Shown one piece after another: positions 45,163 to 54,062 of a stretch of 59,270 nt of DNA. The stretch's first letter is position 1, and each line of letters opens with the position of its first letter. A program made the translations under genes and the position numbers. Under the pieces are notes generated by a model, which was given only the letters and a program-made list of their open reading frames with translations, was not told the DNA's origin and made no database searches. Source of the DNA: Thermotogota bacterium (GTDB lineage: Bacteria > Bipolaricaulota > Bipolaricaulia > UBA7950 > UBA9294); the NCBI GenBank assembly GCA_039679545.1, contig JBDKUT010000021.1, forward strand, positions 1 to 59,270, read 5' to 3'.

Positions 45163-45780
45163 CTACTGCGGAAGGTTCTCTACCGCGACGACGGCGTCCT
45201 CGTTCAGGACGTCGGCGTAGATCTGGGTAGTCTGGATGGATCGGTGTCCGAGCTGTTTCTGGACGAGGCGGAGGTTGAAGCTCGACGCCCGATAGAGCAT
45301 GGATGCGTAGGTGTGGCGACAGGAATGGATCGAGAAGCGGTTCGGGATTTCGGCGGCATCGGCACAGCGGCGAAAGACCCGGTAGACGGCGGTGCGCGTC
45401 AGGGCGCCACCACGGGACGAGACGAAGAGCGGCGAGTGGTTCGAGACAGGTTCGCCCATCTCGGCCTTCCACGCCACGAACTGGGCGAGGTGATCGCGAA
45501 GCGCCGTTCCCATCTTGACGCCGCGCTTCTTCCCGCCCTTGCCGTCGCGGACGATGAGGGCCGCGTGGGCCGGGTCGAGGAGAATGTCGCGGAGTTGGAG
45601 GGCGCAGATCTCGGACACTCGCAGGCCGGAGTCGAGGGCCACGTGGAGGATGGCCCAGTCGCGAACCGGGTTCTCGCGCCCGTCGGTCGTGGTGCTCTCG
45701 GCCCGCACCCGGCAGTAGTCCTTGAGAGCGCGCACCTGCTCGGGGCTCATGAAGTCTTCGTAGGTGATCTCGAGCGGCAT
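45163..45780 (-). CDS. tyrosine recombinase, catalytic domain only (205 aa)
   Basis: ATG 45780 follows GGGAGGGAGG. All catalytic residues are present: GLRVSE (Arg), KGGKKRGV (Lys), HSCRHTYAS (HxxR), LGHRSIQTTQIYADV (His, Tyr). There is no N-terminal SAM-like core-binding domain. Confidence 0.85.
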   Translation of the reverse strand: MPLEITYEDFMSPEQVRALKDYCRVRAESTTTDGRENPVRDWAILHVALDSGLRVSEICALQLRDILLDPAHAALIVRDGKGGKKRGVKMGTALRDHLAQFVAWKAEMGEPVSNHSPLFVSSRGGALTRTAVYRVFRRCADAAEIPNRFSIHSCRHTYASMLYRASSFNLRLVQKQLGHRSIQTTQIYADVLNEDAVVAVENLPQ

Positions 45781-45854
45781 GGTTCGGCCTCCCTCCCGAG
45801 CGAACCTTGGTGGGAGAACCGTAGCTGGGACACGGCCCGGGAAGAGGGACAACT

Positions 45855-45884
45855 GTCGCAACAAAAGGGCTCTTTTGTTGCGAC
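45855..45884. repeat. perfect 13-bp inverted repeat with 4-nt spacer, AT-rich
   Basis: GTCGCAACAAAAG ggct CTTTTGTTGCGAC, located 75 nt upstream of the recombinase start codon. Confidence 0.9.
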
Positions 45885-46020
45885 AACGGCCGGAACACAG
45901 ACAGAAACAGGATGCTATGGACCCGAGGCGGGCAACCCGATCGACGACAGCGTCTCCCGAAGGCCGCCGAACCCCTTACCCGAGGTGGGCCGAGGGGTTC
46001 GAGGCGATTTGCGGGCCGTT

Positions 46021-46794
46021 CTACTCGATCGAGTAGCGCTGGACGATGCTCTTCTCTTCCCCAGCGACTTCCGCGACGACCTCGACGTACGGGGCGATGG
46101 TCGAATGCTTTAGCTTCTCGCCGAGGAGGTTGTCGACCTGGAAGATGCCGGCGGAGTTCGACATCTCGATCGCGATCTTGATCGGTCGCGTTTCGCCGGC
46201 CGAAAGCCGGACCTTGCGGATCGCCATGGCGGAGACGGAGTGAATCGTCGGGCCACCCGTTGAGAACGGAATCCGCGCCCGACCCGACTCCATATCGAGG
46301 GCATCGGCGACCTTGACGACGCCCGCCTCGATCGTCAGCGGTTCGATATCGCGCTGGTGCGTAAGAATGGCGTGCAGCACCTCTCCCTTGAGCGTCGTCG
46401 CCGTTCGAACATCGTAGAGGCCGGCGAGGAACTCGTCGATGAGGGGAGCGGCGAGGATGAGGGAGAGTTGCTCGTGGTCCAGGCGGTGGATCGCGTGGCC
46501 GACGTCGTGGAGCGCCGCGGCGAGCACGACGACGACCTCCGCGTCCTCGGGGCGCAGGCCGTGGTCCTTGACCGCACTCGGTGTGATCTCTGCGGCGACA
46601 AGGAGCCGAAGCAGCTTGAGCGCGATGTTGGTCATGATCTTGATGTGTACCGGGCCGTGATCGTTGATGCGCAGTCGGTCGATGGCCGTGATGTTGGAGG
46701 CAGCCCAGTACGCCTGAACCACATCCGAAGCGTCGATCCTCTCGAGGACACGGCCCAAGGTCTCGTTCCCCTGCAGCGGCACGTTAAGCGACAT
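46021..46794 (-). CDS. HD-domain metal-dependent phosphohydrolase
   Basis: ATG 46794 follows GGGGGAGG. Motifs seen: INDHGPVHIKI and LAAALHDVGHAIH (H...HD...H). Confidence 0.75.
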   Translation of the reverse strand: MSLNVPLQGNETLGRVLERIDASDVVQAYWAASNITAIDRLRINDHGPVHIKIMTNIALKLLRLLVAAEITPSAVKDHGLRPEDAEVVVVLAAALHDVGHAIHRLDHEQLSLILAAPLIDEFLAGLYDVRTATTLKGEVLHAILTHQRDIEPLTIEAGVVKVADALDMESGRARIPFSTGGPTIHSVSAMAIRKVRLSAGETRPIKIAIEMSNSAGIFQVDNLLGEKLKHSTIAPYVEVVAEVAGEEKSIVQRYSIE

Positions 46795-47242
46795 CGACGT
46801 CCTCCCCCAACCGAACCCACCAAGGCTCGCGCTTCTGATCGTCGGTTGATTCGGTTTCATGTGAAAGTCGATCTTCCAGAATAGCGACGCGATGGCGGAG
46901 AAACGCGATCTCATCCTGCAACGATCGGATGAGGCGCTGCGTGCCTTCCGGTGGTGTCGTTCGGCTTTGTACTGAACTAGACGAAACCGAAATATCGGAA
47001 ACAGATGTAGTATAAGACTTAGCCTTTAGAACTTCGCTCGCCTCGGTCATCCTTAGCCCGCCATCGTACAACTCCTGAAGCTGGCGAAGGAGGGCGACCC
47101 CTTCGTCACTGATGAGGAGTTGGTTGTTCGGTCCCCGGCGGAGATGGGGAGCCAGGACGTCGCGAATCGAGTCGATGCGGTTTCGGACCTGATTTGTCGT
47201 CGCCAGACCGAGAGTCTTGCGGAGACTGGAGATCGTGTGCAT
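46784..47242 (-). CDS. MerR-like HTH protein with Ser/Thr-rich linker and C-terminal coiled coil
   Basis: HTISSLRKTLGLATTNQVRNRI...RRGPNNQLLISDEGVALLRQLQELYDGGL follows the MerR HTH-wing-helix pattern. The C-terminal LIRSLQDEIAFLRHRVAILEDRL is heptad-like. Confidence 0.5.
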   Translation of the reverse strand: MHTISSLRKTLGLATTNQVRNRIDSIRDVLAPHLRRGPNNQLLISDEGVALLRQLQELYDGGLRMTEASEVLKAKSYTTSVSDISVSSSSVQSRTTPPEGTQRLIRSLQDEIAFLRHRVAILEDRLSHETESTDDQKREPWWVRLGEDVDVA

Positions 47243-47321
47243 GGTAGAAGAACGATAGCCCAACTCCGTGCGGCGAACCAAGCGAATTGTGAGGGGTCGC
47301 CGGATCGAGTAGCCTTCTCGT

Positions 47322-49073
47322 ATGCCCATTGAGCGCCTTGCCGAAGAACTCACGCACAAGATCGCTGCGGGCGAAGTCATTGATCGTCCGGCCTCCGTGG
47401 TCAAGGAACTCATCGAGAACGCCATCGACGCCGGAAGCCACACAGTCGAGCTCGACGTAAGCGCAGGGGGACTCACGTCGATTGCCGTTCGGGACGACGG
47501 TTTCGGCATGAGCGAGGTGGACCTGCGCCTGTGCGGGGAGAGGCACGCGACGAGCAAGATCCGAACCGAGGATGATCTCCTTTCCATCGCCACCCTCGGC
47601 TTCCGCGGGGAAGCGATCGCGAGCATTGCGGCCGTCTCGCGGCTGCGGATTACGTCTCGCTCTTCATCCGGAGCGACCGCGCACGTGCTGTCGATTGAGG
47701 GAGGGACGTCGGCAGGGCTGGCTCCCGCGTCGCGCGCTCCGGGAACGACGGTGGAGGTCCGCGACCTGTTCTTCAATCTTCCGGCGCGCGCGAAGTTTCT
47801 CGGCACGCCGCGCACGGAGGCTCTCCACATCAACCGGGTCGTTCAGCGATTCGCCCTCGTCCTCCCGGACATGGGCTTCGTGCTTGCCCACGATGGGCGT
47901 GAGGTCTTCGCCGCACCGCGCGTCTCGTCATTCCTTGATCGGATCAGCCAGGTGTACGGAACCGAGGTTGCGCGGGGGATGATTCCCCTCGATGGTCGGC
48001 GGGGCGAGATCCGTATCTCCGGGTGCATCAGCCGGCCGGATCTCAAGCGGGGCAATCGGCGCGACCAGCTGTTCGTCGTCAACGGCCGCCTGATCAGCGA
48101 CCGCGGCCTTGGATACGTGCTGGCGAGCGCATACCGAGGGATCCTGCGTCCCGGCAGCTTTCCGATTGCCGTCATCTGCGTGGACTTGCCTCGGGAGCGG
48201 GTCGACGTGAACGTCCACCCGCGGAAGGAAGAGGTTCGGTTCTCGAATGTCCGGGAGGTTCAGGATGCGCTTGGATCCGCCCTTCATCAAGCGCTCGCGT
48301 CGCCGCAGCGGGCAATCCCCGTCGGTGTTCGAACGGCAGAGCCGTCCGGGCGAACGGCGGAACCCACTTCGGGACCGATGAGCGGCATTCCACACCTTAC
48401 GGCAAGTGGGTTACGCCCGCTTCCGCTCGACCTCCACGAGCAGTGGATCGGCTCGCGGCTCGCGCAAGAGGCCGGAAAAGTGAGGGTCCAGTCCGACCGA
48501 CGCGTCGTCGGGCAGCTCCACGACATGTACCTCTTGGTCGAAGCTCCGGACGGATTGGAGATCGTGGACCAGCACATCGCGCACGAACGAATCCTGTACG
48601 AGCGGCTCAAGAGCGAAGCCGCCGACGCGGGAATCGTCCGCCAACTCTTCCTCCTTCCGGCTCGTGTCGAGCTGCCGTTCGAGGCGGCCGCGGTGCTGTC
48701 CGCAAACCTCGTCGTCCTGGAGCGGGTCGGCGTCGTGCTGGAGGCGTTCGGGGGCGGGACGTTCCTGCTGCGCGAATATCCGCAGCGGCTTGCTGATGAG
48801 CAGACGCCGCGGGGGTTTCAGGAAGTGGTCGAGGCGCTTGTCGAGCGGCTTCGCGAGGAGGCTGGCGTCGAGGAAATGCTGTACGACGGAATCCTGCGCG
48901 AACTCGCCTGCGGCGCCGCGATCAAGGCCGGCGAGCGGTTGGCATTGATCGAGGCGCAGGCTTTGGTAAATCAGCTTATGGAGTGCGTGGATCCGTACAG
49001 CTGCCCGCACGGGCGCCCGATCATCGTGAAGCTGGATCGGGACGAGCTGGACCGGAAGTTCGGGCGCGCCTAG
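47322..49073 (+). CDS. mutL: DNA mismatch repair protein MutL
   Basis: IAAGEVIDRPASVVKELIENAIDAG (GHKL ATPase), GFRGEA. The C-terminal dimerisation domain carries CPHGRP. Confidence 0.95.
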   Translation: MPIERLAEELTHKIAAGEVIDRPASVVKELIENAIDAGSHTVELDVSAGGLTSIAVRDDGFGMSEVDLRLCGERHATSKIRTEDDLLSIATLGFRGEAIASIAAVSRLRITSRSSSGATAHVLSIEGGTSAGLAPASRAPGTTVEVRDLFFNLPARAKFLGTPRTEALHINRVVQRFALVLPDMGFVLAHDGREVFAAPRVSSFLDRISQVYGTEVARGMIPLDGRRGEIRISGCISRPDLKRGNRRDQLFVVNGRLISDRGLGYVLASAYRGILRPGSFPIAVICVDLPRERVDVNVHPRKEEVRFSNVREVQDALGSALHQALASPQRAIPVGVRTAEPSGRTAEPTSGPMSGIPHLTASGLRPLPLDLHEQWIGSRLAQEAGKVRVQSDRRVVGQLHDMYLLVEAPDGLEIVDQHIAHERILYERLKSEAADAGIVRQLFLLPARVELPFEAAAVLSANLVVLERVGVVLEAFGGGTFLLREYPQRLADEQTPRGFQEVVEALVERLREEAGVEEMLYDGILRELACGAAIKAGERLALIEAQALVNQLMECVDPYSCPHGRPIIVKLDRDELDRKFGRA

Positions 49074-49963
49074 CCGTTCGGGACGAGGACGCGAAGGGCA
49101 CGGGGAATGGCGCGCACTCGGAAGGGTCCGGACGGCGGTTTGTAGGGCTCCCCATCCATGTGAGCGATGAGCTGTTCCTCGGACGTGATCGTCGCCTCGG
49201 CCGCCTGGTGATATCGGACCTGGGGCAGGTTGATATGCTTCCCGGCGCGTGCCTGTGGCAAACGGTACAGCCGTTCGAGCCTCGGAAAATCGCCGATGGC
49301 CGCGACGTCGATCAGTCCGTCATCGATGACGGCGCGGGGAGCGAGCATGAATCCGCCACCGCAATACTTACCGTTCGCAATGCCGAGCGAGAGACAGTCT
49401 ACGCTCGCTTCCCAGCCCTCCGACTGAAGGCGGACGCCGAATGCCGGGAACCGGAAGACCTCCTTAACGGCGGCGTACAGGTACGCAGGAGCGCCGCGCA
49501 GCTTCTCCATGGCGAGGACATCGCGTGCGACCTGAGCGTCGATCCCAATCCCAAGGCCGTTGACGAAGTACCGGTCTTCGGCGACCCGTCCGATGTCGAT
49601 TGTGCGTTCCGTCCCATGGATCAGGACGTCGAGCGCTGCGAGGGGATCCGAAGGAATTCCCATCATGCGGATGAAGTCATTGCCGGTCCCTGCGGGGATG
49701 ACGCCGAGCGTAACGTTCGCCCCGAGCAGGCCGTTGGCCACTTCGTTCACCGTTCCATCGCCGCCCATTGCCGCGATTCGCGTGAACCCGGCCTCGACCC
49801 CCATCTTGGCGACGTCGACGGCCTCGAGGGGCTCGTTCGTATAGTGCAGGTCGTACTCGATGGGGAGTCGGTCCAGCGCCTGCTTCACCTTTGGGAAGAT
49901 GGCTTTGCAGCGTCCCCGTCCGGCAATGAGGTTGACGATCAGGAAGTACTTCTCCGTTGGCAT
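49070..49963 (-). CDS. diacylglycerol kinase-family lipid kinase (YegS/BmrU-like)
   Basis: LIVNLIAGRGR, GGDGTVNEV, GTGNDF. Confidence 0.88.
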   Translation of the reverse strand: MPTEKYFLIVNLIAGRGRCKAIFPKVKQALDRLPIEYDLHYTNEPLEAVDVAKMGVEAGFTRIAAMGGDGTVNEVANGLLGANVTLGVIPAGTGNDFIRMMGIPSDPLAALDVLIHGTERTIDIGRVAEDRYFVNGLGIGIDAQVARDVLAMEKLRGAPAYLYAAVKEVFRFPAFGVRLQSEGWEASVDCLSLGIANGKYCGGGFMLAPRAVIDDGLIDVAAIGDFPRLERLYRLPQARAGKHINLPQVRYHQAAEATITSEEQLIAHMDGEPYKPPSGPFRVRAIPRALRVLVPNG

Positions 49964-50007
49964 GGCGTCATGCTACGAACGTAGAGCGGGTTCTGTCAAG
50001 CTTCCTC

Positions 50008-50661
50008 TCAGGTAGGCCGCGATTCCGACGCGCGTCCGCGAACGACGACAAAGGAGCCGCGGTCGCAGCCTGGAGACGGAATCTCAACTTGGTCGTCGGC
50101 CGTCGCCGGGTCCCCTGTGAGCGTCTGCAACGTTCGGTCGACGTGGAACCCGGCTTCGGTGAGCGCCTCGATCACCTCGTTGGTCGACCGAAGCTGCGCG
50201 TGGGAAAAGAACGTGTCGCCGTCTGCGTTCTCGCGGTAGAGGCATCCGAACCGGCTGTCCCGGGGGATGAACGCGACGACCGCGACGCCGTCTTGCCGAA
50301 GAATCCGGCGAACCTCACGGAAAGCGCGGGGACGGTTGGAGAGGAAGCAGACCGTCGTGATCAGGAAGGAGGCCTGCACACTGGCCGCCTCGAGGGGAAT
50401 CTCCTCGGCGCAGCCGGCGAGGACCTCGACGCCGCGGGCCCGCGCAAGGCGGGCCATCGCTTCCGAGGGTTCGATCCCGAGGTCGATACCGAGCCGGGAC
50501 GCGAAGCGGCCGCTGCCGACACCGATCTCGATCCACCGCCCCTTTCTCGGAGGCAAGATGGCGCGCACCGCCAAGAGCTCCGACTCGTAGAGGCTCGGGA
50601 ATCGATCGAACCAGGCGTCGTATTCGCTTGCGTGGGCGTCAAACGGGTTGTCCTGCAGCAT
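50008..50661 (-). CDS. class I SAM-dependent methyltransferase
   Basis: YDAWF... and WIEIGVGSGRFA (motif I), then a Methyltransf_11-like layout. Confidence 0.8.
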   Translation of the reverse strand: MLQDNPFDAHASEYDAWFDRFPSLYESELLAVRAILPPRKGRWIEIGVGSGRFASRLGIDLGIEPSEAMARLARARGVEVLAGCAEEIPLEAASVQASFLITTVCFLSNRPRAFREVRRILRQDGVAVVAFIPRDSRFGCLYRENADGDTFFSHAQLRSTNEVIEALTEAGFHVDRTLQTLTGDPATADDQVEIPSPGCDRGSFVVVRGRASESRPT

Positions 50662-51388
50662 GCTCGTCCCCCCTTTCGAGCAGAGAGAGAACTTGATCTC
50701 GGGCCGCGAGAACCCGGCGGCCGAGCCGATTGCTTCGTTCTGCGCGGGTGAGGGATACTGTCACCTCTCCGACGACGTGGGCCGGCCGGTGGGACAGGAC
50801 GACCACTCGGCGCGAGAGGGAGACGGCTTCGTCGAGGTCGTGGGTCACGAAGAGAAGCGTTCGGTCGAGCTCTTCGAGGAGCGACGAGAGCCAGTCCTGG
50901 AGCCGATGGCGGGTCAGGGTGTCGAGGGCGCCGAACGGCTCGTCAAGCACGAGGGTGCGGCTTCCCGTCAGGACTGCTCGCAGGAGTGCGACCCGCTGCC
51001 GCATACCGCCCGACATCTCGTGCGGATAGGCGTCGGCGAACTCCTCGAGCCCGAAGCGCGGCAACTCTTGGCGAATGCGTGCCCGCCGAACGTCGCGGCG
51101 TACCCCGTGGAGCTCCAGCGGAAGCTCCGCGTTCTCCATCGTGGTCTTCCACGGGAAGAGGAGGACGTCTTGCGGAAGGTACCCGGCCCGCTCGAGCCGA
51201 GTGGCGACCACGCCGGCGTCGGCCGATTCCAAACCGAGCAGGACCCGCAGGAGTGTCGTCTTGCCGCACCCCGACGGGCCGAGAATTCCGACGATCTCTC
51301 CCTCGTCGACCCGGAACGAAACTCGCCCGAGGACACGGAGATCTCCGAACGACTTCTCGAGTCCGTCGACGTCGACGAGAGGGATCAC
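50639..51388 (-). CDS. ABC transporter ATP-binding protein (NitT/TauT family; ThiZ-like)
   Basis: GPSGCGKTT, MSGGMRQRVAL, LVLDEPFGALD. The GTG start overlaps the upstream stop (GTGA). Confidence 0.9.
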   Translation of the reverse strand: MIPLVDVDGLEKSFGDLRVLGRVSFRVDEGEIVGILGPSGCGKTTLLRVLLGLESADAGVVATRLERAGYLPQDVLLFPWKTTMENAELPLELHGVRRDVRRARIRQELPRFGLEEFADAYPHEMSGGMRQRVALLRAVLTGSRTLVLDEPFGALDTLTRHRLQDWLSSLLEELDRTLLFVTHDLDEAVSLSRRVVVLSHRPAHVVGEVTVSLTRAERSNRLGRRVLAARDQVLSLLERGDEHAAGQPV

Positions 51389-52365
51389 GGCGACGTCGCC
51401 CCTCCGGGGAGAAACGCGTTCGTAAACGCGGCGTCGGGGTCGATGGCTTCGTCGATCAAACCGCCTTCGAGCGCCCACTGCGCGAAGCGGTGCCATACGG
51501 CGGGATCCTGATGCCCCCACACGCTAATGTCGGAGACGCTCTGGACGGCAAGCCATCGCTGCGATGCGATGACGAGGGCTCGATCCAACTCGGGGGCGTG
51601 CCGGAGGAGGGCCTCGGCGGCCTCGTCCGGGCGCGCGGCGGCGTCCACACATCCGCGTGCCAGCGCACGGAGGAAGCGCGAGACAAGGCTCGGATTCTCG
51701 GCCAGAAGGCGCTCCGACGTCACGATGACGGGGGTGTAGTAGTCGAGCTCGGGGGCGAGATCCGTGAGCGGGATGTACACGAAATCGATGCCCTCGAGTT
51801 GAGCGTGGATGCCGTCCCAGCCGTAGAAGATCCAGAAGAAGTCCGCCAGGTCCCGGCGGACGGCGGTGGCGAAGTCGAGGGTTCCCATGTTGACCAGTTC
51901 CACAGAGCTGGCGTCGGCGCCTGCCGTTGCCATCACTGTGCGAATCATCACGTTCTCCAGCTCGCTTCCCCATCCGCCGTAGCGCCGGCCGACGAAGTCC
52001 GCGGGCGTCTGGATTCCGCGGTCGCGAGCTGCGGCGAACCCCGACGTGTTGTGGGGGTAGAGGGCCGCGATCGAGACGGCCGGGAACCCCTGGGATCGCG
52101 CCATCGTGACCTCTTCCTGCATCGACACGGCAAACTCGGCGTGACCCGCCGCGACGAGTTGGAGCCCCACAGTCGGACCCGGTTCCATGACGACGGCCTC
52201 GAGCCCCTCCGCCGCGAAGTAGCCGGCATCCTGAGCGACGAAGATCCCCGTGTGGTTCGTGTTCGGTGTCCAGTCGAGGGCGATGCGCACTACGTCCGCC
52301 CCCGCTCCGCTCGCCGAGATGGCGAAAACGGCGACGGCAATTCCAGTCCACATTCTTCTACGCAT
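51385..52365 (-). CDS. ABC transporter substrate-binding protein, NMT1/THI5 (ThiY-like)
   Basis: Signal peptide, then IALDWTPNTNHTGIFVAQDAGYF, typical of NMT1/THI5-type HMP/thiamine-precursor binding proteins. Confidence 0.8.
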   Translation of the reverse strand: MRRRMWTGIAVAVFAISASGAGADVVRIALDWTPNTNHTGIFVAQDAGYFAAEGLEAVVMEPGPTVGLQLVAAGHAEFAVSMQEEVTMARSQGFPAVSIAALYPHNTSGFAAARDRGIQTPADFVGRRYGGWGSELENVMIRTVMATAGADASSVELVNMGTLDFATAVRRDLADFFWIFYGWDGIHAQLEGIDFVYIPLTDLAPELDYYTPVIVTSERLLAENPSLVSRFLRALARGCVDAAARPDEAAEALLRHAPELDRALVIASQRWLAVQSVSDISVWGHQDPAVWHRFAQWALEGGLIDEAIDPDAAFTNAFLPGGATSP

Positions 52366-53155
52366 GGCTTCTCCTTCCGAGCCACGGTGTGAGGCGGGCG
52401 CCGGCAAGGTCGACCAGCTTGAACAGTCCGTAGCTCAGCGCCATCACCACGAGGATCGCCCCGAAGAGGCGATCCGTCCGAAACGACTGCAGCGAGCGCG
52501 TCATGTAGACCCCCAAGCCTCTCGAGCCGCCAAGCCACTCCCCGACAACGGCGCCGAGAACGCTGTACGTCGCGGCGAGCTTCAGCCCCGCGACGATCCC
52601 CGGGAGTGTCGCAGGGAGGTAGAGGTGGCGGTAGCGGTCGGCGCGCGTCGCGCCGAGCGTATTGAGCAACTCGCGGTAGGCGGGGTCCACCACGCGGAAT
52701 CCCTCGTACGCATTCACGGCGACGGGGAAGAAGCAGACGAACGCGACGATCAGGACCTTGGCAAGAATGCCCAGCCCGAACCAGATCAGGATCAGAGGTG
52801 CGATGGCCATCAAAGGGATGGCCTGCGACAGGACGAGGGGTGGGTAGAGGAGGTCGCGGGTCCAGCGCGATGCGCTCATGAGGATGGCGATGCTGATGCC
52901 TAGGGAGACTGCGAGGGCCAGCCCCGCGACCGTCTCCACGACGGTCATGGCCAGATGCGGGCCCAGGAGAGTGGCGTCCTCGGCGAGCGTGCGCACCGTC
53001 TCGACCGGGGAGGGCAGGAGGTAGGGAGGGAGCCGGAACCCCGAGACGACTCCTTGCCACAGCGCGACGAAGAGGACCAATCCAGCGACACCGCGCAGCC
53101 GGTATAGGCTTCGGACAAACGCTCGGGGCGACACCGCGGCGTTCGTAGGTCTCAT
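52358..53155 (-). CDS. ABC transporter permease (NitT/TauT family; ThiX-like)
   Basis: Six TM helices. An EAA-like loop (ATRADRYRHLYLPATLPGI) is present. Confidence 0.85.
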   Translation of the reverse strand: MRPTNAAVSPRAFVRSLYRLRGVAGLVLFVALWQGVVSGFRLPPYLLPSPVETVRTLAEDATLLGPHLAMTVVETVAGLALAVSLGISIAILMSASRWTRDLLYPPLVLSQAIPLMAIAPLILIWFGLGILAKVLIVAFVCFFPVAVNAYEGFRVVDPAYRELLNTLGATRADRYRHLYLPATLPGIVAGLKLAATYSVLGAVVGEWLGGSRGLGVYMTRSLQSFRTDRLFGAILVVMALSYGLFKLVDLAGARLTPWLGRRSHA

Positions 53156-53814
53156 GTGGTCCCCTCATCGTTCCCTCGCGTGTGGATGACGAGAAGGCGC
53201 CCGTCCGCGACGCAGATACGAACAGGCAAGGCGCGGACCACGTTCGAGACCCCTCGCGACGCAGCGCGCAGGAGCTGCTCCTCGTGAAGCTCGTAGAGAA
53301 GCCCCTCCGTCGACAGCCTCACGGACTCCGTGATCGGCACGAGAGACACCGTGTCCCTTTGGAGAGCCTCCGGAAGAACCAGGTCCTCATCGATCAGGCG
53401 GACGGTCTCGGAAGCTGTGACACACTCGATAGGGACCCGTGTCTCGAGACCCTTCTCAAGAAGGTGGACGTTCGTAAACGTGTGATCGATGCGGCCGCCC
53501 AGCGCACCGTAGATGACGATGCGCGAGGGATGCGCGCGGAGCGCGTGGTCGACGGCAAGCTCGAGGTCCGTCCAGTCCTTGGCCTCGGGAAACGAGATCA
53601 CCTCTATACCCGACGCGTCGAGGTCGGCGCGCTCGCTGGCGGAGAGGGAGTCGAGGTCGCCGATGACCACGTCAACGGGGACTCCGGCGGCGCGCGCTTT
53701 CGCCCACGCCCCGTCCGTTGCGAAGCAGACGTCGGCGCTCCGACGTAACGTGCGGACGGCCTCCGCATCGTCCCAGCGGCCGTTCGCAAGAATGAGTACG
53801 CTCGGCTTCACCAT
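53152..53814 (-). CDS. thiN: thiamine diphosphokinase
   Basis: VLILANG, VIGDLDS, GALGGRIDHTFTN, plus a C-terminal TPK B1-binding-like part. Confidence 0.85.
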   Translation of the reverse strand: MVKPSVLILANGRWDDAEAVRTLRRSADVCFATDGAWAKARAAGVPVDVVIGDLDSLSASERADLDASGIEVISFPEAKDWTDLELAVDHALRAHPSRIVIYGALGGRIDHTFTNVHLLEKGLETRVPIECVTASETVRLIDEDLVLPEALQRDTVSLVPITESVRLSTEGLLYELHEEQLLRAASRGVSNVVRALPVRICVADGRLLVIHTRGNDEGTT

Positions 53815-53899
53815 GCCTCCCCGAAGGGGAGTAAGAGGTAGACGGTCTCGAAGGGATTCCCGGCGCCCAGGTCTCAGATGGCGGACACGCGCCTGGTCA

Positions 53900-53990
<91 letters not shown>

Positions 53991-54004
53991 CTCATGATAC
54001 CCCG

Positions 54005-54052
54005 AGGCGGAGAAAAGGAAAGCGGGAGGGCCCGTTACAGGTTCCTCCCGCT
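54005..54052 (-). terminator. intrinsic terminator after the M42 peptidase gene
   Basis: On the minus strand, the stem AGCGGGAGG/CCTCCCGCT (9 bp) is followed by TTCCTTTTCTCC. Confidence 0.5.
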
Positions 54053-54062
54053 TCCGCCTGAG

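Noticed and set aside
45080-47321. An integrated prophage or genomic island around the tyrosine recombinase.
   Set aside because: There are no phage, IS or conjugation genes, no flanking tRNA and no direct repeats that I could find. Only three small non-housekeeping genes are present. It is kept as a lower-key finding rather than called a mobile element.
49070-49073. mutL and the lipid kinase gene share a palindromic CTAG as convergent overlapping stop codons.
   Set aside because: The overlap is real in the sequence but is a trivial consequence of tight packing, with no functional implication I can support.
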